Below the pieces are notes generated by a model. The model worked only from the letters and a program-made list of their open reading frames with translations. It had not been told where the DNA came from and did not search any database. A DNA stretch of 62,382 bases, counting the filler. It is 5 parts of 5 records of this genome, joined end to end, with 100 filler letters (N's around TTAATTAATTAA, not from the genome) between each part and the next. Parts side by side here need not be neighbours in the genome. Positions count along the whole stretch, not along the records: positions 1 to 9,804 come from SRR31156797_3879; positions 9,905 to 17,686 come from SRR31156797_3883; positions 17,787 to 27,278 come from SRR31156797_3884; 2 more parts are not named here. The stretch is one strand, 5' to 3'. Both the position numbers and the translations under genes were made by a program. Below are positions 9,437-18,078 of this stretch, piece after piece. Numbering within the stretch: the first letter of the stretch is position 1; each line of letters opens with the position of its first letter.

Positions 9437-9617
9437 TTATATTTCAAATAATTTTTGTGTTTCTTACTAGAGCAGCAGGGAATACAACAGAAAAGGCTGT
9501 GTGGCGGCAGGGGAACATACGTTAGGAGAAAGGAGGGTAAAACGGTGCTGACGGTTGACCCGCAGCACCGAAAAATTAAAATGATCCCTATTATCGGAAT
9601 TTGCACACATGGCGAGA

Positions 9618-9803
9618 TCAGCTTTCAATAACGCCGGAACGGACTCCCTTAAGGTACTCCATGCAGAATGGGTCATGGCCCAGCAGCATGTCGGCGGTTC
9701 TGATGGTAGCCATAATTTTTTTATCCAATGGATCGATAATCGCCGAGTCCATGCCGGCATCCATCATCAGGGTTACAAAGGTCCGGTTGATGATATGGCG
9801 CTG
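9618..9803 (-). CDS. Methyltetrahydrofolate:corrinoid methyltransferase (AcsE/MT2-like), C-terminal part, truncated at the contig edge
   Basis: Manual translation QRHIINRTFVTLMMDAGMDSAIIDPLDKKIMATIRTADMLLGHDPFCMEYLKGVRSGVIES*. GMDSAIIDP and LLG.D.FC..Y are characteristic of MeTr/AcsE. Confidence 0.85.
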   Translation of the reverse strand, partial: QRHIINRTFVTLMMDAGMDSAIIDPLDKKIMATIRTADMLLGHDPFCMEYLKGVRSGVIES

Positions 9804-9804
9804 G

Positions 9805-9904
9805 NNNNNNNNNNNNNNNNNNNNNNNNNNNNNNNNNNNNNNNNNNNNTTAATTAATTAANNNNNNNNNNNNNNNNNNNNNNNNNNNNNNNNNNNNNNNN
9901 NNNN
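9805..9904. other. Artificial contig linker
   Basis: 100 nt: N-run, TTAATTAATTAA (stops in all six frames), N-run. Confidence 0.98.
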
Positions 9905-9906
9905 TA

Positions 9907-11490
9907 TTAGAGCGTTATAAAGAAGATATTAATGCGCTGAATGTTTTCCCTGTACCAGATGGAGATACAGGAACAAATATGGGATTCACCATGAAAGGTG
10001 CAGTAGCTTCAGTAAACTCTGCTGAAATAAATGGCATAGATATCATGGCTGAAGCACTCTCAAGAGGTGCACTAAAGGGTGCAAGAGGAAACTCAGGCGT
10101 TATTTTATCACAGATTTTCAGAGGCTTTTACCTAGGTATGAAGGGTAAATCTACAATTAATGCACAGGAATTAGCTAAGTGTTTTGAAAGTGCAACAGAG
10201 ACTGCATATAAAGCAGTTATGAAACCAAGGGAAGGTACGATTCTGACCGTTACACGTGCATTTGGCGAAGCAGCAGTCAAAAAGGCAGAAGAGACGGACA
10301 ACATAATTGAAGTGATGGATGCTGCAATGGAATACGGCAGAGAAATACTCTTAAAGACTCCTGACATGCTGGAAGTTTTGAAAAAAGCAGGGGTAGTTGA
10401 TGCCGGCGGTGAGGGACTGCTACTAATTTATCAAGGCTTTAGAGCAGCAATGGTTGGAGAAGAACCAGTTGGAGACATGTCTGATCTTAATATCAATACA
10501 TCAGCAGATATGTATGAACCTATAGAAGACGATATCGGAAGTCTGGAAGATATAACATTTGGATACTGCACGGAATTTTTTATTATTAATATATACGAAA
10601 ATGTTGATCAGAAGGACAGAGATTTACTGAAACAAAAGCTGAGTAATTTAGGTGATTCTATTGTACTTGTCGGCGATGAAGAGATGATAAAAATTCACGT
10701 TCATACAGATATGCCTGGTAAGGTATTGCAGTATGCACAAAGATTAGGTGATCTAGACGGGCTAAAAATAGAAAATATGCGTGAGCAGTTCAAAAATATT
10801 CATGGAGATAAAAAGAAAGACGAGCCTAAAAAGCTAAATGGTTTGGTTGCTGTCACAGCAGGCGATGGTCTGGCTGCTATATTTAAGGATATGGGAGTAG
10901 ATGTAGTTGTAGAGGGCGGGCAAACAATGAACCCAAGCATAGATGATATTATTAAAGCTGCAGATGAAGCACATGCTGAAAACGTATATGTTTTGCCAAA
11001 TAATTCAAACATTATTCTTGCAGCTGAACATGCGGCAGAAGCTGTAGACTATAAAATGCATGTAATAAAGACAAAGACATCACCGCAGGGGATTGCGGCA
11101 CTGCTGCCGTTTAATCCTGAAAATGCTGAGGATATGACCGAAGAGATGACAGAATCCTTTGCTGATGTGACAACCGGACAGATTACATTCGCAGTTCGTG
11201 ATTCCAACTATGATGATTTGGAAATCAAGGAAGGCGATATTATGGGTATGATAGATGGTAAGATTTCTGTAGTTGGCACAGATGTTGCGCAAGTTGCAAA
11301 TGATTTGATTGAAAAAATGACAGAAGTAAACGAAGACGGTGAAATGATTACTATCTATAAGGGTGCTGATACAAAGGAAGAAGATGCAGAGAAACTTCTT
11401 GGTGAATTCGAAGAAAAGTATCCTGACTTTGAGTTAGACCTTCAAAATGGTGAGCAGCCATTGTACTATTACATCATTTCATTGGAGTAA
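9907..11490 (+). CDS. fakA: DAK2-domain fatty acid kinase FakA (YloV), 5' truncated
   Basis: Frame is open from the contig edge: INALNVFPVPDGDTGTNM, GARGNSGVILSQ, VVDAGG, FGYCTEF, GGQTMNPS, QPLYYYIISLE. Confidence 0.9.
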   Translation, partial: LERYKEDINALNVFPVPDGDTGTNMGFTMKGAVASVNSAEINGIDIMAEALSRGALKGARGNSGVILSQIFRGFYLGMKGKSTINAQELAKCFESATETAYKAVMKPREGTILTVTRAFGEAAVKKAEETDNIIEVMDAAMEYGREILLKTPDMLEVLKKAGVVDAGGEGLLLIYQGFRAAMVGEEPVGDMSDLNINTSADMYEPIEDDIGSLEDITFGYCTEFFIINIYENVDQKDRDLLKQKLSNLGDSIVLVGDEEMIKIHVHTDMPGKVLQYAQRLGDLDGLKIENMREQFKNIHGDKKKDEPKKLNGLVAVTAGDGLAAIFKDMGVDVVVEGGQTMNPSIDDIIKAADEAHAENVYVLPNNSNIILAAEHAAEAVDYKMHVIKTKTSPQGIAALLPFNPENAEDMTEEMTESFADVTTGQITFAVRDSNYDDLEIKEGDIMGMIDGKISVVGTDVAQVANDLIEKMTEVNEDGEMITIYKGADTKEEDAEKLLGEFEEKYPDFELDLQNGEQPLYYYIISLE

Positions 11491-11513
11491 TAGAAAAAAT
11501 CATGGAGGAATCT

Positions 11514-12206
11514 ATGAGTAAACTAAAAAAAATTGTATCAATTATATTGATATTTGTTATGGTGTTGGTATTTGCGTCCTGCGAAGAGGATGTCAGCCTG
11601 CAAACAATAAAATATAAAGGATACATATCAGTAGGCTATTATCCGGGCTCGTATATAAACGAGCCCGTAGCTGGTGTTATTGAAACTATTGCAAAAAATA
11701 TAGATGTTGAAGTAACTTATGTATCTCAGACTCCTGAGACATGGCAGGCTGATCTGCATAATGGCGTTATTGATGTGATGATTGATGAAAGCAATGATAT
11801 AGATATAAAATCTGATGTTATCATGAATACCAGAATTCTGCTGGTAAAGGATAAGGGTTTGGATATGTCAAGTGCAGGTAAAATCGGAATCATTGATACT
11901 GATGTGGTCAGAGATAGTGCTGACGCAATTGCCAGCTTTCACAGCGGTGAATATAAGTACTATGCTTTGCCTGAAGTATTGGTTGCAGATTTACAGTCAA
12001 AGAATGTGGACGCTATTATTATAAATGATTATGAATATCAGAAGCTGGCATCTCTAGATGATGTTGATTATGATATTATTAATCATAGGGATGTGTATGT
12101 GACGTTTAATGATGGCGATACTACCTTAGTAACTGAATTTAATATGAGATTACGAGAGTTGCGTGAAAGCGGTCTTTTGTCTGGAATTATTTATAATTCT
12201 AAATAA
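11514..12206 (+). CDS. Polar amino-acid-type solute-binding lipoprotein
   Basis: Lipobox VFASC, SLQTIKYKGYISVG, and C-terminal FNMRLRELRESG. RBS GGAGG at 11504. Confidence 0.6.
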   Translation: MSKLKKIVSIILIFVMVLVFASCEEDVSLQTIKYKGYISVGYYPGSYINEPVAGVIETIAKNIDVEVTYVSQTPETWQADLHNGVIDVMIDESNDIDIKSDVIMNTRILLVKDKGLDMSSAGKIGIIDTDVVRDSADAIASFHSGEYKYYALPEVLVADLQSKNVDAIIINDYEYQKLASLDDVDYDIINHRDVYVTFNDGDTTLVTEFNMRLRELRESGLLSGIIYNSK

Positions 12207-12486
12207 ATTACTGATATATATTAGCTGTAGAATAATATTCACAGCTAGGGAATTAGTTATATCTAGAGAATAATATTTAATGCTAATATTATTACTGTAT
12301 ATTACTCTTAGGAGAGATATACAGAATGGCTGAAAGCAGAACAACTAAGGGTATTTATTGATTATTGCATTATTAATAGTGAAATACAGATATGAAAAGT
12401 ATACTAATTATAAAAAGCCTGATAATATCATATAATTTTGTTTTTCAGATAATATCAATATAAATATACAAAATATTATAAAAAGA

Positions 12487-12534
12487 TTGACATATTTAGA
12501 CTTATGGTTTAATATCGAATTATAATTCGATATT
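12487..12534 (+). promoter_or_regulatory. tetR promoter overlapped by a perfect 24-bp palindromic operator
   Basis: TTGACA (12487), 17-nt spacer, TAATAT (12510). Palindrome AATATCGAATTATAATTCGATATT at 12511-12534. Confidence 0.8.
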
Positions 12535-12544
12535 GGAGGAAAAC

Positions 12545-13108
12545 ATGGTACAGGTATTAAAAGATGATATAAGACAAAAAATTGAAGAATCAGCATTGAA
12601 TGAATTCTATAAAAAAGGCTATAAATTTGTGACAATGAAAAGCATAGCGCAGAATTCCAATATAGCCACAAGTCTTATTTATTCATATTTTAAAAACAAA
12701 GAGGACTTGTTCAGATGCATTGTCTCTCCTGTAATAATAATGCTGGATTCTATTTTTAATAGTGAAAACAAAGGCAATATTGAAAATTTTGTTGAGTTTG
12801 AGCTGTTCCAGTTAGTATCATCAATGGAAAAGTATAATAAACAGTTTGTAATTCTAATGGATAAAAGTATGGGAAGTTCTTTTGCTTACCATAAGGATAA
12901 GATTATAGACAGTGTAGCTCTTCATTTGAAGGAAGATACACTTCTGAAAAATACATCATATGATGATATTTTATATCATATACTTGCCTCTAACTTTGTA
13001 GAGGGGGTTTTGGAAATATCAAGGCATTATGTTGATAAAGATTGGGCAGAGACAATGTTAAGTCTGATTGTTCAGCAATTTCTTTATGGAGCCAGTTCTC
13101 TTACATGA
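12545..13108 (+). CDS. TetR/AcrR-family transcriptional regulator
   Basis: ALNEFYKKGYKFVTMKSIAQNSNIATSLIYSYFKNKEDLF HTH. RBS GGAGG. Confidence 0.9.
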   Translation: MVQVLKDDIRQKIEESALNEFYKKGYKFVTMKSIAQNSNIATSLIYSYFKNKEDLFRCIVSPVIIMLDSIFNSENKGNIENFVEFELFQLVSSMEKYNKQFVILMDKSMGSSFAYHKDKIIDSVALHLKEDTLLKNTSYDDILYHILASNFVEGVLEISRHYVDKDWAETMLSLIVQQFLYGASSLT

Positions 13109-13224
13109 GAAAACCTGTATTTGTAATGATTAATACATCATTGTGCTTTTTACTATACTGATTTAGCGTTAAATTTGCTTAGTATAGGTATAATTGTGAT
13201 TATAATGATAGTTTTTTTTAATTC

Positions 13225-13248
13225 AAAATCGAATGAATATTCAATATT
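13225..13248 (+). promoter_or_regulatory. Second copy of the TetR operator upstream of the MATE gene
   Basis: AAAATCGAATGAATATTCAATATT matches the 12511 palindrome at 19 of 24 positions. Confidence 0.7.
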
Positions 13249-13269
13249 AACAAAAAGTGAGGTAAAAAG

Positions 13270-14628
13270 ATGGAAAATAAGAATCAAAAAGCACTAAAAT
13301 TGACTGAAAAACTAGCTACTGAAAAGGTCCCAAAAATCCTAATGAAAATGTCACTGCCTATGATTATAGCAATGGTTGTAAACGGCATTTATTATTTGGT
13401 TGACACAGCTTTTGTAGGTTTGGCTGAAGGAGCTGATGCAATAGCGGGACTTGCGGTGGTTTTCCCTGTACAGATGGCGGCTATAGCTATTGCAACTATG
13501 ATTGGCATAGGTGCATCATCATTGGTATCGAAGCATCTGGGAGAAGACAAAAAAGAAAAAGCGTCATATGCGGTATCAAATACACTAGTATTATGTATCT
13601 ATTTGGGTATTGCTTTTTCAGCTGTTTTATTAATCTTTAAATCCTTTATATTAACTGGATTAGGAGCAACACAGCAGATATATTATTATGCAGAGTCTTA
13701 TTACGATATTATTGTTCCGGGACTAATACTAGTATTTTTAAGTTTTGCAGAGACTAATATGATTAGAGCAGAAGGGAATGCAAAACTAGCGGCTATAGTT
13801 ATGACAGCAGGATCAGTTCTAAATATAGCGTTTGACGCATTGTTTATATTTGTTTTTGACATGGGAGCTGCAGGTGCGGCTTTGGGAACTGTTACAGCAA
13901 GACTGATTACTACATTATGGCTGTCAAGCTATTATATCCGAAAAAAAGGTGTTGTAAAAGTCGCATTGAAATCATGGAAGCCAGACGGAAAATTGTCTGC
14001 TAAAATCTGTGCTTTAGGCATGGGAGCATTTACTAATCAGATAGGGTTCTCGCTGTTGGCTATGATAATAAACATTTCTCTTAAAAAATACGGAGGCTTA
14101 ACTGATTTATCAGTGTATGGAGTCATAAGCAAAATACATATATTTGTCACTATGCCGCTAATGGGGCTGGCACAAGGTTTCCTAGCAGTTGCGACATACA
14201 ATATTGGTGCGAAAAACTATGACAGGGTTAAATCAACATTCAAATATTCAATATTGTATTCGGTTATAATAGGAATAATAATATTTGTTTTTCTAATATT
14301 TATGCCAAAGAGTATTATCAGGTCTTTTACAAATGACTTAAACGTTATAACAAACGGGATTATGCCCCTAAGAATAACTATGATTACAGTGCCTGTTATT
14401 GGAATACACAGCATAGCATATTTCTACTTTATAGCAACTCATAATCCTAAAAAGGCAATTTTGGTTTCTATGTTCAGACAGGTTATATTCTTAATTCCTT
14501 TTGTAATTATTCTCCCTTTGTTTATGGGGAAAACAGGATTGTGGGCAGCTTACCCCATTGCAGATATAATTTCGGCTGTTGTTGGTTTGATAATGGTCAG
14601 AAGCCATATTAAGAGGACGGTTATTTAA
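13270..14628 (+). CDS. MATE-family efflux transporter (MepA-like)
   Basis: IYYLVDTAFVG, IRAEGNAK, LNIAFDALFIFVFDMGAAGAALGT, YNIGAKNYDRV, RQVIFLIP. Confidence 0.92.
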   Translation: MENKNQKALKLTEKLATEKVPKILMKMSLPMIIAMVVNGIYYLVDTAFVGLAEGADAIAGLAVVFPVQMAAIAIATMIGIGASSLVSKHLGEDKKEKASYAVSNTLVLCIYLGIAFSAVLLIFKSFILTGLGATQQIYYYAESYYDIIVPGLILVFLSFAETNMIRAEGNAKLAAIVMTAGSVLNIAFDALFIFVFDMGAAGAALGTVTARLITTLWLSSYYIRKKGVVKVALKSWKPDGKLSAKICALGMGAFTNQIGFSLLAMIINISLKKYGGLTDLSVYGVISKIHIFVTMPLMGLAQGFLAVATYNIGAKNYDRVKSTFKYSILYSVIIGIIIFVFLIFMPKSIIRSFTNDLNVITNGIMPLRITMITVPVIGIHSIAYFYFIATHNPKKAILVSMFRQVIFLIPFVIILPLFMGKTGLWAAYPIADIISAVVGLIMVRSHIKRTVI

Positions 14629-14870
14629 AATCTATGAAGTGTAGTGTTTTCACAAGTATTATATATTATAGAAGTAAATCTGTGTGAGCTGTATACTGCA
14701 AGAAGTAATAATGCTAAATATCAGGTTATTATAATTGTATGAATACAACGATTGCAATATATACATTTGGATACATTGCTGAAAAATTATGGATTGAAGA
14801 GCATGTTATTAATTATCGTGTTTTATCCACGTAATAGGAATAAAATGGTCTGGTATTACAAATAATATAT

Positions 14871-14975
14871 GTAAATTCGCAAAAAACACGAACATTATAA
14901 AAAAAGCGGTAAATAATATATGATATTCTATTGTAATAATAAAAGTGGTTTGTTAATATAAGACGAACCACTTTT
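14871..14975 (+). promoter_or_regulatory. pur operon promoter with PurR box
   Basis: AAAACACGAACATTA (14883-14897) resembles the Firmicutes PurBox. TTGTAA (14931), 17-nt spacer, TAATAT (14954). Inverted repeat AAAAGTGGTT/AACCACTTTT overlaps the promoter. Confidence 0.6.
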
Positions 14976-14999
14976 TTGATACTGAAAGGAAGGTAAAAT

Positions 15000-15488
15000 T
15001 TGTCACAGGGAAAAGTAACGATTGTAATGGGATCTACATCAGATATGCCTGTAGTGGAGAAAGCAATTAAATTGCTAAAGGAATTTGATGTAGAAGTGAA
15101 GGCTATGGTGTGCTCTGCTCACAGGACACCTGAAGCGGCGGCAGACCTTGCAAAGAATGCAAGAGAAAATGGAACAGATGTTATTATTGCAGCAGCAGGA
15201 AAGGCAGCTCATCTGCCTGGGGTTCTGGCTGCATTTACTACATTACCAGTTATAGGGCTGCCTATTAAGTCATCTTTTATGGACGGTATGGATAGTCTTT
15301 TGTCTATAGTTCAAATGCCAACCGGCGTACCTGTAGCAACGGTAGGAGTAAATGGTGCTGACAATGCGGCTGTTTTAGCAGTGCAGATAATGTCGCTGAA
15401 ATATAATATATTGGCTGATAAGCTGGCACAATATAAAGAAGACATGGCAGCAAAAGTTGTAAAAAGCAACGAAACACTTGAATACTAG
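15000..15488 (+). CDS. purE: N5-carboxyaminoimidazole ribonucleotide mutase
   Basis: IVMGSTSD, SAHRTP, AAGKAAHLPG, DSLLSIVQMPTGVPVATV. TTG start. Confidence 0.95.
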   Translation: MSQGKVTIVMGSTSDMPVVEKAIKLLKEFDVEVKAMVCSAHRTPEAAADLAKNARENGTDVIIAAAGKAAHLPGVLAAFTTLPVIGLPIKSSFMDGMDSLLSIVQMPTGVPVATVGVNGADNAAVLAVQIMSLKYNILADKLAQYKEDMAAKVVKSNETLEY

Positions 15489-15497
15489 GAGATAATA

Positions 15498-16217
15498 ATG
15501 AATATAGAAAAAACCAATCAGCTGTATGAAGGCAAAGCGAAAAAGGTATATGAGACTACTGATGAGGATAAAGTGATAGTATCCTACAAGGATGATGCTA
15601 CTGCATTTAATGGTGTAAAAAAGGGCACAATCGTAGGTAAGGGTGCTGTTAATAATCTGATGAGTAATCATATGTTTAAAATATTAGAAGAGAAGGGCAT
15701 ACCTACTCACTATGTTGAAGAACTAAGCGATAGAGAGACTGTAGTAAAAAAAGTCGAAATTGTCCCAGTTGAGGTTATTGTACGAAATATTGCTGCTGGT
15801 TCACTGTCAAAGAGATTGGGTTTGCCAGAGGGCACAAAGCTAAAGAAAACAGTGCTGGAATACTGCTACAAAGATGACGATCTGGGCGATCCTATGATTA
15901 ATGATTATCATATTGCGGCAATGGAACTGGCGACAGAAGATGAAATGGACAAGATTGCTAAGTATTCATTTATGGTAAATGATATCATGACAGATTACTT
16001 GAAAGAACTAGATATAACGCTGATTGACTTCAAGCTGGAATATGGCAGATACAAAGGTGATATTGTTCTAGCTGATGAAATATCACCAGATACATGCAGA
16101 TTCTGGGATATAAATACAAATGAGAAACTGGATAAGGATAGATTCCGCAGAGATCTAGGCGGTGTGGAAGACGCTTACCAAGAGGTACTTAAGAGACTGA
16201 TGGGAAAGAAGGATTAA
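15498..16217 (+). CDS. purC: SAICAR synthetase
   Basis: [41 protein letters not shown]. Confidence 0.97.
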   Translation: MNIEKTNQLYEGKAKKVYETTDEDKVIVSYKDDATAFNGVKKGTIVGKGAVNNLMSNHMFKILEEKGIPTHYVEELSDRETVVKKVEIVPVEVIVRNIAAGSLSKRLGLPEGTKLKKTVLEYCYKDDDLGDPMINDYHIAAMELATEDEMDKIAKYSFMVNDIMTDYLKELDITLIDFKLEYGRYKGDIVLADEISPDTCRFWDINTNEKLDKDRFRRDLGGVEDAYQEVLKRLMGKKD

Positions 16218-16221
16218 TTCC

Positions 16222-17673
16222 ATGCACAAGTTACCTCCATTTGAACTGATAAAGCCATATACGGACAGAATGCCGGAGGAATGCGGCATTTTTGGTGCAT
16301 ATGATATTGAAGGACATGATGTAAGTGATGCAATTTATTATGGGCTTTATGCTATACAGCACAGAGGGCAGGAATCTGCAGGAATAGCTGTGAGCAATGG
16401 TAAGAGAATTTCTCATTATAAGAATATGGGGCTGGTTACAGAAGTCTTTAACGATGACAGTATACATGAAAATTTGGACAGCGGATATTTCGGTATAGGC
16501 CATGTTCGATATTCTACCAGCGGAGAGTCCCAGCTCATCAATGCACAGCCTTTGGTAATATCATCAAAGAGAGGCAAGATGGCTCTGGCTCACAATGGTA
16601 ATCTGGTTAACTATCAAGCTCTAAAGAATGAATTGCTTCAGCTAGGTCATATTAATCAGACTTCGCTGGACACTGAAGTTATAGCCCATCTGTTGGCACG
16701 GTATTCTGATGATGATATTGAGTCAGCTATTATTAAAACCACCAGATGGTTAAGGGGTTCATATGCGTTAGTAATTATGGTTAATGATAAATTAATTGGT
16801 GTACGTGACCCAAATGGAATTCGTCCATTGGCTTTAGGAAAACTAAATGACATGTATATCCTATCTAGTGAAACATGTGCTTTTGATGCCCTGAATGCTG
16901 AATTTGTTCGTGATATCTTGCCTGGAGAAATGGTTGTAATAGATGACAGAGGTATCACATCAACAATATTTGATAAGACATCTGCAAAAAAGCTGTGTAT
17001 ATTCGAGTATGTATATTTTGCCCGCAAAGACAGCCATGTGGATCGCATATCAGTATACGATGCCAGAGCTGAAGCAGGAAGAATATTAGCAAAAACAGCT
17101 CCCGTAGAGGCAGATTTGGTGGCAGGAGTACCCGACTCTGCCGTGCCTGCAGCAATTGGTTACTCAAAGGAGAGCGGTATACCATATGGTGAAGCATTGG
17201 CAAAAAACAGGTACGTAGGCAGAACCTTTATAACACCTAAACAGCAGAAAAGAGAGCAGAGCGTAAAGGTAAAACTCAATGCTATTAAGTTGAATGTACA
17301 GGGGAAAAGGGTTATTCTGGTAGATGATAGTATAGTTCGTGGAACAACATCCAGAAAAATAGTTGAAATGCTGCGAGAAGCAGGAGCCAGAGAAGTTCAT
17401 ATGAGAATATCATCTCCTCCGGTTAAGTGTCCATGCTACTTTGGAATCGATACACCTACATCAGCTCAGTTGATTGGTGCAAATAATACAATTGAGGAAA
17501 TACGAAAGATAATAGGAGCAGATTCTCTTGCTTACTTAACTACTGATGAACTACTGGAAAGTGTTAGCATAACGGATAATGGATTCTGTACTGGATGCTT
17601 TGACGGTAATTATCCAATGCCTTTGGAGTGCAAGAATCATGGATGCGACGGAATAAACAAGGAGTTAACATGA
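16222..17673 (+). CDS. purF: Amidophosphoribosyltransferase
   Basis: EECGIFG, QHRGQESAGI, GHVRYST, CIFEYVYFAR, VDDSIVRGTTS, CTGCF. Confidence 0.97.
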   Translation: MHKLPPFELIKPYTDRMPEECGIFGAYDIEGHDVSDAIYYGLYAIQHRGQESAGIAVSNGKRISHYKNMGLVTEVFNDDSIHENLDSGYFGIGHVRYSTSGESQLINAQPLVISSKRGKMALAHNGNLVNYQALKNELLQLGHINQTSLDTEVIAHLLARYSDDDIESAIIKTTRWLRGSYALVIMVNDKLIGVRDPNGIRPLALGKLNDMYILSSETCAFDALNAEFVRDILPGEMVVIDDRGITSTIFDKTSAKKLCIFEYVYFARKDSHVDRISVYDARAEAGRILAKTAPVEADLVAGVPDSAVPAAIGYSKESGIPYGEALAKNRYVGRTFITPKQQKREQSVKVKLNAIKLNVQGKRVILVDDSIVRGTTSRKIVEMLREAGAREVHMRISSPPVKCPCYFGIDTPTSAQLIGANNTIEEIRKIIGADSLAYLTTDELLESVSITDNGFCTGCFDGNYPMPLECKNHGCDGINKELT

Positions 17674-17686
17674 AATGTTAACGAAT

Positions 17687-17786
17687 NNNNNNNNNNNNNN
17701 NNNNNNNNNNNNNNNNNNNNNNNNNNNNNNTTAATTAATTAANNNNNNNNNNNNNNNNNNNNNNNNNNNNNNNNNNNNNNNNNNNN
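17687..17786. other. Artificial contig linker
   Basis: N-run, TTAATTAATTAA, N-run. Confidence 0.98.
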
Positions 17787-18017
17787 CAGCTCTTCGGAGA
17801 GAAGGCGACGAAGAAGATAGGCTTCATCACCATGGCCGGCGGCCTGGTCCAGTACGCGGCCATCTGGGGCGTCGGCCTGATGAGCGACCGCTGGGGTATC
17901 GGCGTAGGCTTTCCCTTTATGCTGGTCTATCTCTTCTTCGGCGCCCTGGCGGTGACAGGGATTATGATACGGGAGGCCAGGAGACCGGCCGAACTCAAAT
18001 CCGGCACGGCCGCCTGA
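17787..18017 (+). CDS. C-terminal fragment of a membrane transporter (MFS-like), 5' truncated
   Basis: Frame is open from the contig edge, with two TM helices joined by GLMSDRWG (MFS loop motif). Confidence 0.6.
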   Translation, partial: QLFGEKATKKIGFITMAGGLVQYAAIWGVGLMSDRWGIGVGFPFMLVYLFFGALAVTGIMIREARRPAELKSGTAA

Positions 18018-18078
18018 GATCCTCCGGCTTCCCGGCAGAGAGCGCAGGGAATGAGAGAAACCGTTACCCGGGCAGAGC

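Noticed and set aside
14630-14999. Purine or ZTP riboswitch upstream of purE
   Set aside because: No recognisable aptamer core; the promoter-like element lies too close to the start codon, and a PurBox explains the regulation.
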